A stretch of DNA of 44,184 bases from a virus (taxonomy: Duplodnaviria > Caudoviricetes), in IMG/VR virus record IMGVR_UViG_3300037524_001870, positions 1-44,184 of that record. One strand, 5' to 3'. Of the stretch, positions 10,560-18,822 are shown piece after piece. The notes under the pieces are model-generated. The model did no database searches. It was not told the DNA's origin and saw only the letters and a program-made list of their open reading frames with translations. The position numbers were made by a program, and so were the translations under genes. How positions within the stretch are numbered: position 1 is the first letter of the stretch; every line of letters starts with the position of its first letter.

Positions 10560-11050
10560 TTTCCCGCGTAAACCTCGATCTCGGTTGTCTCTGTTTTCGA
10601 TTCAAACACGGGCAGACTTCCGTAAATTTTTTCTCTATCCAGAGTCTTGCCCAACCACCATGGCACGTAGTACCCAGAGTTCGGATACTCAGTCATGGAG
10701 AAACAACCAAGAGCAGGATCGTATACCATTCTTTTTTCGATGGCTACGAAGTGACCTGTTAGGGTGTGCATTGTACCTAGAAGTGTCACTGCACCCATGT
10801 AGTCCCGACCAACATAGTCATCAAACCAGTCGGCTAGACTAATCTTTTTCCAGCCATCAAATCTGTAAGTCTTTTGACTTTTTCCAAGCTTTTTCAAAAG
10901 CTTATGCAAGTTAGAAATAGTTAGACCACACTCTAAATTTTCGTTCAGAGAAATGGCTGCATTCAAAACTTCATCGTATGAGCTTCGTGTCAACATTGCT
11001 GCAACTGCAATACCACAGTCCCAGCTTTCTCTCTGTCGAATGAGCTTCAT
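10538..11050 (-). CDS. Stand-alone C39-family cysteine peptidase
   Basis: MKLIRQRESWDCGIAVAAM (Q...C), GHFVAI (H) and YDP (D). ATG at 11050 is preferred over the ORF-track start. Confidence 0.8.
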   Translation of the reverse strand: MKLIRQRESWDCGIAVAAMLTRSSYDEVLNAAISLNENLECGLTISNLHKLLKKLGKSQKTYRFDGWKKISLADWFDDYVGRDYMGAVTLLGTMHTLTGHFVAIEKRMVYDPALGCFSMTEYPNSGYYVPWWLGKTLDREKIYGSLPVFESKTETTEIEVYAGKKKATRA

Positions 11051-11200
11051 GCCTGTAATTTTAACACTCAGCGCTGACGACTGCAAGACTGAGCGCACCT
11101 CGATATGTAATGTTCGACGGGGGCATCGTGGATCTCGCGATAAGCCTTGTGTGGGAAAAGTGTCCAAAATAAACCGGCAAAATTTACGAGAGGTTCACCT

Positions 11201-12649
11201 ATGTCAGTGAGAATTGAAAAGATTTCCGGGACGTATGCACAACTTCTGGCTTCCGAAAATGTTGTTTTGCAGGGAGACAAGATACTAACTTTCTTCCATC
11301 CGGCAGCTCGCTACAAAGCTAAGCATAAGCGTGGTGGATGGGACGGAAAAATTCACTTTCTAAAGTACCCTAAAGGATTTTTTCCTGTTGGGTTTTCCTA
11401 CAGGTTGGCCTCTGAACTAAGAAAACTCGGACACTCAGTACAGCTATCCGGGTTTCGTATGCAGTGCGAACCTAGATTTCCCGAAAATCTTTTTGATGTC
11501 GATCTTCGTCCGTATCAAGTAAATGCTGCAAACATTGCCATGAAAAGTCTTGGTGGTGTTGCTCTTCAGATACCGACTGGTGGAGGTAAAACTTTAGTAG
11601 GCGCAGAGATAGTTAGACGGTCTGGAGTACCTGCTTTGTGGATCGTCAATGGCATAGACTTGATGTATCAAACAAGAAAAGTTTTGAGAAAGGTTCTAAA
11701 TTGCGATGTTGGAATACTAGGAGATGGAAAAGCTGAAGATGGGGATGTGATGATCGGCATTGTCAACACACTCAGCTCGATAAAGGATAAAGATTTTTGG
11801 AATGCTTGGGGTTGTTTGATTGTTGACGAAGCTCATCTCGCTAGCGCACCTACTTGGTTTGAATGCGCGATGAAATGTCAGTATGCAAACATCAGAGTTG
11901 GATTATCTGGAACCATGGATACAAAGAATCCATTACGAAATGCGAGAATAGAAGCGGCTCTTGGTCCAACTGTCATCGTCGTGAAGCACGATGAACTCGT
12001 AGAAGACGGGCACCTTGCTAGAGCGAAAATAGTTTTACTTCGACCAGACAGAGCTTCATATCCTAGTCACGAAAACATTCGAGACACAGTTTGTCCGGAT
12101 TGGAGAAAGTCACCTCAACTTCTGACAACAAAAGGTGGGCAGCTTTTTGGTCTCACGTATGAGCGAGGAATTGTTCAGAACGAAGCAAGAAACAACCTCA
12201 TTAAAAATATTGTCATGCGAGAAGTTGAAAACAACAAGCGAGTTCTAGTTGCGTGCAAAAGAACGTTTCACGGAATAACGCTTCAGAAAATGATACCGGG
12301 AAGTAGGTTCTTACATGGAGAGCATAAATCAATGGAACGACTAGCTGTCTTAGATGCTTTCAAACGTAGTCAGTTTGGTGATTGTTTAATAGCTTCTGAA
12401 ATTTTCAAGATAGGAATCGACGCTCCTGAGATCGACGTTTTGGTCATTGCGACAGGTGGAAAGTCGGCCATCGACGTGCTACAGTGGGTCGGCCGAGCTT
12501 TGCGTCCAAGGGGGGACAAACAGGATGCGACAATTTACGATTTCATTGATGGTAGAATTGACTCTAAGAAAGACTACCTAAGTGCGCATAGTACCGAGAG
12601 AATCGAGGAGTATGGCAAGGCCGGATTCGTACTAGAGAGGTGGTCTTGA
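11201..12649 (+). CDS. Superfamily 2 DEAH-box helicase (UvsW/XPB-like)
   Basis: LRPYQ, PTGGGKT, IVDEAH, GLSGT, GIDAP and QWVGRALR motifs; GAGG SD before ATG 11201. Confidence 0.92.
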   Translation: MSVRIEKISGTYAQLLASENVVLQGDKILTFFHPAARYKAKHKRGGWDGKIHFLKYPKGFFPVGFSYRLASELRKLGHSVQLSGFRMQCEPRFPENLFDVDLRPYQVNAANIAMKSLGGVALQIPTGGGKTLVGAEIVRRSGVPALWIVNGIDLMYQTRKVLRKVLNCDVGILGDGKAEDGDVMIGIVNTLSSIKDKDFWNAWGCLIVDEAHLASAPTWFECAMKCQYANIRVGLSGTMDTKNPLRNARIEAALGPTVIVVKHDELVEDGHLARAKIVLLRPDRASYPSHENIRDTVCPDWRKSPQLLTTKGGQLFGLTYERGIVQNEARNNLIKNIVMREVENNKRVLVACKRTFHGITLQKMIPGSRFLHGEHKSMERLAVLDAFKRSQFGDCLIASEIFKIGIDAPEIDVLVIATGGKSAIDVLQWVGRALRPRGDKQDATIYDFIDGRIDSKKDYLSAHSTERIEEYGKAGFVLERWS

Positions 12650-12650
12650 T

Positions 12651-14135
12651 ATGCCTTGTTCGGGGGAGTCTCAGGTGCTAAAATCGAGACGTGAGGCAGA
12701 TGGGGTGGGACTCAGCGACGTCAAGCCTCCACGTCGCTCTGAAACCATACAAAAACCTGCCTCATTACGGGAAGGAGTTGGGCCGACTCCTTCCCTTTTT
12801 AATTCAAAAACATTCACTTCAAAGGGCTGGAGTGAACTTACAGGCACGGCTGCAAAAGTTTATTTGTGCGGCCTACTGATGTCTGACTCGGAAAGAAACC
12901 TCACGATCAAGCATTGTGATTTCTGTGAGGAAGCCGGAGTACCAGATACAACACTTAGAAACTCAATACGCCTGTTGAAGAAGCTTGACCTGATAGTTTA
13001 TAAGCAGGGACTAGGCCGTGGCGTAGCTTCAGAATACCATTTCCCGATTCACGAAAACGTTCAGTTTCGTTGTGAATTGCCAAAAACACCGGAAATGCTG
13101 CAAGTGATTTCTAGTTTTAACGCTGCCGAAGTAAAACTATACGGCGTAGCAAACTTGATTTGTGACGAGGAGAAAAAGTTTAGAGTTAGAGTAAAACGAT
13201 TAGCCGAGCTTTCTGGAATCTGTTCACAGTACATACCGGAGACAAAGCAAACGTTGAAGGCTCGTGGTTTGCTGAAACCGGTGAAACGAATCAAAAAAGT
13301 CGTTGTCTACAAAGTTTTATACCCGGAGGAGGAGGTTAGTGTTGTGGCAAAGGTGACGAAATCAGGAAAGCTCGGAGGCTTGAAAAAAGTTTCGAAGGGG
13401 AAGGGTTTGTCGGTCGCAGCAAAAGTGTCCGACGGGGAATCTGGACGCCTTTTCGGAAAAGTGTCTAAGGGGGGTAGTGTTCCCCCTTTAGGGGGAACAC
13501 TGGGGGGTTATAATAACTCTTGTCAAAATACCTTCCTACCTAAGGCAAAGACTCAAAAACTTAAAACCAAAGATTCCTCTTCTTCTTTACCTTTTCTTTA
13601 TTTTTGCGCACGCGCGAAGGACGGTTATTCACAGACACTTTTGCCTTCGTCCTCGCGCCGGGGCGCAGAAAAAACAGAAAACTTCTCCGATCCGGAGGAA
13701 TATTTTCCCGATATTCAGAAAAAGGCACGAGGCCAAAAACTTTCGCCAGCAGAAGAAGTGGCGTTCTTGCTCGAAGCCCAACGAATTCTCCGGACCACGA
13801 TAGTATCGCCAACAGGCTCTGCTACATCGCTAGGTGGTCGAATGCGAAAACTTTTGAAAGCGAGGCTACGTGAAGGATTCACAATCCCCGATATGAGGCG
13901 TGCCTGCAAAGCGGCTGCCGATGCTCAAGACCGAGGCAGTGCCTTCGGTGGAATGAAAAACATTTTCTTTGTTCTAGGCACAGGCTTACCATCCCTCCTC
14001 GCTTCAGATAGCAATGCTAAAATTTACAGAACAGGGGAAGACTTCGACTCTTGGCAAGAAAGCTTGGAACCTCCCGATAATCAGTCAGTGGCTAACTTCT
14101 TCATCGAAAACAATTTTCCAAAGCGAGGTCACTGA
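12651..14135 (+). CDS. Replication initiator protein (lambda O-like organisation, tandem winged-HTH N-terminus)
   Basis: WSELTGTAAKVYL...LRNSIRLLKKLDLI and a second similar HTH; internal iterons; directly upstream of a DnaC-like loader. The true start may be GTG 12705. Confidence 0.72.
   Translation: MPCSGESQVLKSRREADGVGLSDVKPPRRSETIQKPASLREGVGPTPSLFNSKTFTSKGWSELTGTAAKVYLCGLLMSDSERNLTIKHCDFCEEAGVPDTTLRNSIRLLKKLDLIVYKQGLGRGVASEYHFPIHENVQFRCELPKTPEMLQVISSFNAAEVKLYGVANLICDEEKKFRVRVKRLAELSGICSQYIPETKQTLKARGLLKPVKRIKKVVVYKVLYPEEEVSVVAKVTKSGKLGGLKKVSKGKGLSVAAKVSDGESGRLFGKVSKGGSVPPLGGTLGGYNNSCQNTFLPKAKTQKLKTKDSSSSLPFLYFCARAKDGYSQTLLPSSSRRGAEKTENFSDPEEYFPDIQKKARGQKLSPAEEVAFLLEAQRILRTTIVSPTGSATSLGGRMRKLLKARLREGFTIPDMRRACKAAADAQDRGSAFGGMKNIFFVLGTGLPSLLASDSNAKIYRTGEDFDSWQESLEPPDNQSVANFFIENNFPKRGH
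12656..12684 (+). promoter_or_regulatory. Putative sigma70-type promoter with extended -10
   Basis: TTGTTC (12656-12661), 17-bp spacer, TGcTAAAAT (-10 at 12679-12684); TSS predicted near 12691. Confidence 0.55.
12691..12800 (+). ncRNA. Candidate structured small RNA / leader RNA
   Basis: Stem TGAGGCAG (12692-99)/CTGCCTCA (12757-64); inner stem AGCGACGT/ACGTCGCT with loop CAAGCCTCC; terminal hairpin plus U-run. Confidence 0.6.
12769..12800 (+). terminator. Intrinsic terminator-like hairpin inside the 5' part of the initiator ORF
   Basis: Perfect 10-bp stem GGGAAGGAGT/ACTCCTTCCC, loop TGGGCCG, then TTTTT. Confidence 0.72.
13349..13620 (+). other. Putative replication origin: four iterons at a 36-bp period, a 12-bp inverted repeat and an AT-rich tract
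   Basis: AAAGGTGACG (13349), AAAAGTTTCG (13385), AAAAGTGTCC (13421), AAAAGTGTCT (13457); AGTGTTCCCCCT-TT-AGGGGGAACACT at 13476-13501; AT/pyrimidine-rich sequence follows. Confidence 0.68.
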
Positions 14136-14837
14136 ATGCTTAACAAAGTTTTTAGTATAGACGACCTTCGGCGTCAAAGGCTGGAGGCCGCAAACATTAG
14201 GGGCCAGTACCAAAACTTTTCATTTTGTAGTACGCCACACTCGATTGTAAAAGGTATTCCGTACAAACTTGTCAGAGCATGGACTGCAATGCCAGAACCA
14301 AAGCCCTCCGGACTTTTGCTTTTTGGCCCGGCCGGTGTTGGCAAGACCGGCTTAGCTGTTTCTGCTGCCCGTGAGCGAGCGCTTGCCGGAGATGGCTTGG
14401 CAGTCGACTGGATGAAAGCCACAAATGCTGCTAGACAAAAACTTTCAGACTCTGATTCAAAAGTAAAATATATTGCTCCTGTTTGGTTTGAAAGTTGGAT
14501 TGGTTTGACTATGCGACTGTGGGCTTTGAGCACGACATCCGGATCGGAGTACATGCGAGCTTTCGACGATATTTTACGAAAACCTGAAGTTTTAATCCTC
14601 GACGACATTGACGTGGGCACAATGACAGATTTTCGTGAGTCGATTTTGTACGCAATACTAGAACAGTTTAGTAATAAAAAGCGTCTAATTTTAACTATGA
14701 ACAGATCACCTTCCAACTTGGTCAAACACTTCGGTGAAAGAATTGTAGACCGATTAGTCTCCAACTTTTTGTGTCTGTATATCGAGGGAAAATCCAACAG
14801 ACAAAAGGTTGGGAGGATCCAGTGCGATGCCGAATAA
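14136..14837 (+). CDS. DnaC/IstB-like AAA+ helicase loader
   Basis: GLLLFGPAGVGKT, VLILDDI, LTMN and ERIVDRL motifs; located between the initiator and the helicase. Confidence 0.85.
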   Translation: MLNKVFSIDDLRRQRLEAANIRGQYQNFSFCSTPHSIVKGIPYKLVRAWTAMPEPKPSGLLLFGPAGVGKTGLAVSAARERALAGDGLAVDWMKATNAARQKLSDSDSKVKYIAPVWFESWIGLTMRLWALSTTSGSEYMRAFDDILRKPEVLILDDIDVGTMTDFRESILYAILEQFSNKKRLILTMNRSPSNLVKHFGERIVDRLVSNFLCLYIEGKSNRQKVGRIQCDAE

Positions 14838-16233
14838 CTATGAATTCAACGAAATGTTTCAGAGGAAGATACTAGCATTGGCTGTTAGATCCGATCTACT
14901 TCGCTCTGCTAGCGATTCCTTTCGCCCGGAATTTTTTGATGTGGACTCGAATGTATTCTCACCAAGGAAAGCTTTAGCTTGTATCATAGAAAAGTTTTCC
15001 AAGGAAAACAGAAACGAACGTCCGGGAACTGCAACGATGGACGATCTCGTGCTGTACGAAACAAAACGATTGCCAAAGAATGAGTCGTCGGCTTTGATTC
15101 GAGAATGGAAAATTGTTAGGTCAATAAAAATTCCAGACCCAAACTACGTAAAGGACCGTGTTCGTAGGTTTGCACAAGAATCGGCAATCGCCACTGCCGT
15201 GATGCGTGCAGCAGAAATAATTTCAGAAGCTCAGGAGAATGGCACACCTCCCGATTCTAAAACTATACGTCGAACAATAGACGAGGCCTTGAGGGTTGGC
15301 GGGTCTGACAGTGTTAGACGAGGCTTTTTGATTCGAGATTACGCCCTTCGCGCTGTAGAGTGGAAGCGAGTAGACAGCAGGAAAAAAATTCCAACTGGTC
15401 TAAAAACTTTGGATGCTGAGCTTAGTGGGGGTCCAGCAAGAGGCGAAGTTTTTTACATTCTGGCCGAGCCAAAAGGCTCTAAGACAGGCTTTCAACTGAA
15501 CGCAGCGCTTGGTGCAGCTCGATCAAGATATGGCGTGGCATATTTTTCCTACGAAATGAATTGGATGAAGATGCTCATGCGCATGGATAGAAACATTTCG
15601 CGAAAGAACAAAAATGAACTACAGAGTTCCGATGGTCTTCCTGCTTTGAGCCGAGCCATCAAGGGAATGAAGGCTGCCGGTTCCGGGGAGATTGTTGTTC
15701 AAGAATTTGATGCGAGAAAACATGGGTGTTCCGAGGCAGCCAGAGTTGTCGAAGAACTCAGAGGCGAGGGAACAGACATAGATCTCGTTGTGTTGGATTA
15801 CTTAAACATTATGTCTTCAGATACCAGAGAAAAAGAAAAGCGACACGAGCTAGCCCAAATTTCCCGAGAAATGTCTCAACTCGCTAGAGAACTTAACGTT
15901 GTTGTTTGGTCTGCTGCTCTTGTAAACCGACAAGCCGTCGAAAAGACTGTGATAACAAAAGCCGACATTGCAGAAAGTTTTGAAGTCATTGCAGTTTTGG
16001 ACGGAGCAATCGCAATTTGTGGTGACAAGCCTCTTCGAGAATCAGGCTGCCGAGCATTGTACCTTGCAGCTCTGAGAGAGGATGAAGACGAGAAGTTAGC
16101 TGGAATCTACGAGGTTGACCGAGAGATAATGCGATTCAGGGATGTGACTGACAAAGTTTTGGCTGAGTTTGGAAATGTTCAAGATGGAATAGACTCCAAC
16201 ATTGAGGCTGTTCCTGCGAGAGATCTTAGGTAA
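14827..16233 (+). CDS. dnaB: DnaB-like replicative helicase
   Basis: IPTG...LD..L.GG, Walker A variant AEPKGSKT, YFSYEM, VVLDYL, ISREM..LARE and DIAESF motifs. Confidence 0.88.
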   Translation: MPNNYEFNEMFQRKILALAVRSDLLRSASDSFRPEFFDVDSNVFSPRKALACIIEKFSKENRNERPGTATMDDLVLYETKRLPKNESSALIREWKIVRSIKIPDPNYVKDRVRRFAQESAIATAVMRAAEIISEAQENGTPPDSKTIRRTIDEALRVGGSDSVRRGFLIRDYALRAVEWKRVDSRKKIPTGLKTLDAELSGGPARGEVFYILAEPKGSKTGFQLNAALGAARSRYGVAYFSYEMNWMKMLMRMDRNISRKNKNELQSSDGLPALSRAIKGMKAAGSGEIVVQEFDARKHGCSEAARVVEELRGEGTDIDLVVLDYLNIMSSDTREKEKRHELAQISREMSQLARELNVVVWSAALVNRQAVEKTVITKADIAESFEVIAVLDGAIAICGDKPLRESGCRALYLAALREDEDEKLAGIYEVDREIMRFRDVTDKVLAEFGNVQDGIDSNIEAVPARDLR

Positions 16234-16297
16234 GATTCTAGAGTACTTTATACTTTTAAGCTAAACCTTTAGCCGTTAGTCTCTGACATCTTCTCGC

Positions 16298-16326
16298 TTG
16301 ACATCCGAAAACGCTTGTGGTACACT
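16298..16326 (+). promoter_or_regulatory. Sigma70-type promoter P1
   Basis: TTGACA, 17-bp spacer, TACACT with TG extension; leader hairpin and AGGAGG follow. Confidence 0.8.
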
Positions 16327-16378
16327 TCGTTCACCGGTGGGTCGGCCCCCACCGAGTTCGTTTTCAGAAGGAGGCGTT

Positions 16379-16939
16379 ATGCAAAAGATGTCGGAGCTTC
16401 TAAATCCAATCGCAAAACAGTTAGGCTTCAAACCGGATGATGCCCTTCCTAACGAAGAAGAAGTGGAAGTTTTCAGGGGTGGAAATCTTAGATCTTTCAT
16501 TGAACCTTGTGGATGCCACTGCGAAGAAAATCATGATCGTCCTACGTGGAAAGTTTTTGACAAGAAAAAGTTCGAAGAAGTTCCAGTGATAGTCACTCGG
16601 CTTTGTGGCTTTCACGCTAAAGCCCCGGAAGTTCCAGCCAGATTGCAAGGGATACCCAGCAAGATTGTTGAAGAAAAGTCGCGACTAGCTGAAAGCAAAA
16701 GTTACAACCCTCTAAGGCTAAAGTTCACAGTCAAAAAATCCGGCGAAAACTACTCTCTAAGTTTGAACGGTCGTGTTTTTCTACAGGGCACTTCAAAGGA
16801 TTTCTTGATCTCAGACGTTCTGTCAATGCTACGCAATCAACTAAATCTTTCGGCCTTCGACGTTACGTTTGACGATTCCTCTTCGATGCTCGAATCTATT
16901 CCAGTTGCAGTGCTGGAGGTAAAACATGGACTCCGATAA
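16379..16939 (+). CDS. Hypothetical protein (Cys/His-containing)
   Basis: AGGAGG SD before ATG 16379; the ORF-track start at 16298 is the -35 box. Confidence 0.7.
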   Translation: MQKMSELLNPIAKQLGFKPDDALPNEEEVEVFRGGNLRSFIEPCGCHCEENHDRPTWKVFDKKKFEEVPVIVTRLCGFHAKAPEVPARLQGIPSKIVEEKSRLAESKSYNPLRLKFTVKKSGENYSLSLNGRVFLQGTSKDFLISDVLSMLRNQLNLSAFDVTFDDSSSMLESIPVAVLEVKHGLR

Positions 16940-17108
16940 AATCGAATTACAAAACGAAATTTTGAATGGTGCAAGGTACATCATCGAAAACGAATTCCCA
17001 AGAGAGGCTGATTGGCTTCCTTTCGGTACTTCAATTTCTGCGTACATCGTTGTTTCAAAAAATCCAAAAAAGTTTAAGCTGTTGTGCAACAAACTTTGTG
17101 AGGGCTAA
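16926..17108 (+). CDS. Hypothetical protein
   Basis: GGAGGT SD; fits the operon packing. Confidence 0.6.
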   Translation: MDSDKIELQNEILNGARYIIENEFPREADWLPFGTSISAYIVVSKNPKKFKLLCNKLCEG

Positions 17109-17111
17109 GTC

Positions 17112-17675
17112 ATGGAGAACAGATTACTTACTGAGTTTGACGGTGGGCACTTCTTGGCAGAAATTTTGGTACTGGAGTCCTATCTTGCCAATGACTTCAA
17201 GGTAGAGCTTGGATTGTCTCCAGCTTTCAAGATTTTCCTGTATCGAACCGAAACACAATCCGCCATTTGTGGCTCTTCCGTTCTGTCGCTTCTGGAAGAT
17301 TTCAACACTGGAGTATTTCAGTCAACGGTAACTGGATTAGACAACTGGAAAACTTACTCTCAAGAGCCTCTTTTGGCTGCCGGATTTCTTGGTTGCTTGG
17401 CTTTTGATTTTCAAAAAAATTCCTACGTGGAAATACTTGATTTGAAGGAAGGCTCTGGCTGCCTGTGTGTTTACGCAGTGTATATGAATTCTGAAAAGTT
17501 TTCCCATGCTTTTTTTGACTTCTTCCGTAAAAATTCAAATGAGAACTTTTATGTTCGCAGACGATTTCAACCAACTCCATCTCAGCTAGAAGAGTCAGAA
17601 GTAAGCTTGACGACAGAAATTTTCAAAGTCATTAAATTTTTCTTTCAGAATGAGTCGGGATGGGTTAACCAATGA
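17112..17675 (+). CDS. Hypothetical protein
   Basis: 187 aa; GAGG SD; ATGA overlap with the primase gene. Confidence 0.6.
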   Translation: MENRLLTEFDGGHFLAEILVLESYLANDFKVELGLSPAFKIFLYRTETQSAICGSSVLSLLEDFNTGVFQSTVTGLDNWKTYSQEPLLAAGFLGCLAFDFQKNSYVEILDLKEGSGCLCVYAVYMNSEKFSHAFFDFFRKNSNENFYVRRRFQPTPSQLEESEVSLTTEIFKVIKFFFQNESGWVNQ

Positions 17676-18655
17676 CCTATGACTTGACGCGAAAAATAGA
17701 TCCTCTGAAGTACTTGATGCGAAGAAACATTCCTGTACGTCCTAGATCTTCTGGGGTGTATACTTTCAACTGCCCTTTCTGCCACGATACTAGGCGTCGA
17801 GGGTGGGTAATTCCCGAAAGTAAAAATTTCAGCGCTATAGTCGTTGGTTGTTGGAACTCAGGTTGCATTGCTCACCCAAAACTTCGAGGAGGCTTTGTTG
17901 AATTTGTTCGTATTCTAGGAAACTTTCAAACCAAGGGTGAAGCTTTTGCATATCTTCTTAGCAACTTTGGAATTTCCCATCGAGCTAAAATTTCTATGCC
18001 AAAACCTGTATCAGAAACTTTTGAGTTTCTTTCTCTACCCGAGTCAATACCCGCCTCTAGGAGCAATGAGGCTAGTTCATTTGCAGCAGTGAAGTGGGGG
18101 CTTTTTCCAGAAACGCTGGACAAGTACGAAATAAGATTTATCGAGCGAGCCAAGACAATCGCAGAAAGCTATCGCCTTGTTTTTCCGATACGCATGAACG
18201 GCGATTTGGTCGGATACCAAACAAGAGCGATAAACCCACAACAGCAACCACGATATATTACGAAAACGGAAATCAATCCTGTATTGTACCTGATAGATCT
18301 AGTTAATCCGGGAGACAACGTTGTTCTTGTTGAAGGCGTTGGCGATGCTCTTCGATTCAATCAGGGATGCTCTGACTCTAAAACGAAAGCCGTAGCTCTG
18401 CTCGGATCTTCAATAAATGCTAGCCAAATAGCTCTGATCTCAATTCGAGAACCGGGAAGTGTGACATTGGCCTTGGACAGTACTGAGCCTCTTTCAAAGA
18501 CAGTAAAGTATTGCAAAGATCTACGCTCTTGGGGATTGAGTACCTACATTGGAAAGTGGGTTGGTGCGAAGGACGCTGGAGACGGTGCAACTCTGAGCCT
18601 GATTCAGTTTACAACCTCTAATGCTGTAAGAGCCTTACTCAATAATTTTGATTAG
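17672..18655 (+). CDS. DNA primase (zinc finger + TOPRIM)
   Basis: CPFC...C...C zinc-binding domain; RLVFPI, GYQTRAI, VLVEG.GDA, AVALLGS and KD motifs. Confidence 0.88.
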   Translation: MTYDLTRKIDPLKYLMRRNIPVRPRSSGVYTFNCPFCHDTRRRGWVIPESKNFSAIVVGCWNSGCIAHPKLRGGFVEFVRILGNFQTKGEAFAYLLSNFGISHRAKISMPKPVSETFEFLSLPESIPASRSNEASSFAAVKWGLFPETLDKYEIRFIERAKTIAESYRLVFPIRMNGDLVGYQTRAINPQQQPRYITKTEINPVLYLIDLVNPGDNVVLVEGVGDALRFNQGCSDSKTKAVALLGSSINASQIALISIREPGSVTLALDSTEPLSKTVKYCKDLRSWGLSTYIGKWVGAKDAGDGATLSLIQFTTSNAVRALLNNFD

Positions 18656-18731
18656 AGCAGTTTGCGTGTTCACATCTCCGTCTCGACCGGCCGGTTCACA
18701 AAACGTAGCGATTTCGCACACTTAGCCGGGC

Positions 18732-18760
18732 TTGACAAGCGTTTGCGTTTTACATATAAT
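18732..18760 (+). promoter_or_regulatory. Consensus sigma70 promoter P2
   Basis: Exact TTGACA, 17-bp spacer, TATAAT. Confidence 0.9.
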
Positions 18761-18822
18761 CCCCCCATCACTCGGATCTCCCGGGTGTTCGCCGGTCGGC
18801 CCCGGCAGGAAGGAGGCTTTTC

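Noticed and set aside
14174-14797. 207-aa minus-strand ORF
   Set aside because: Fully antisense to the motif-bearing DnaC-like gene and has no recognisable motifs.
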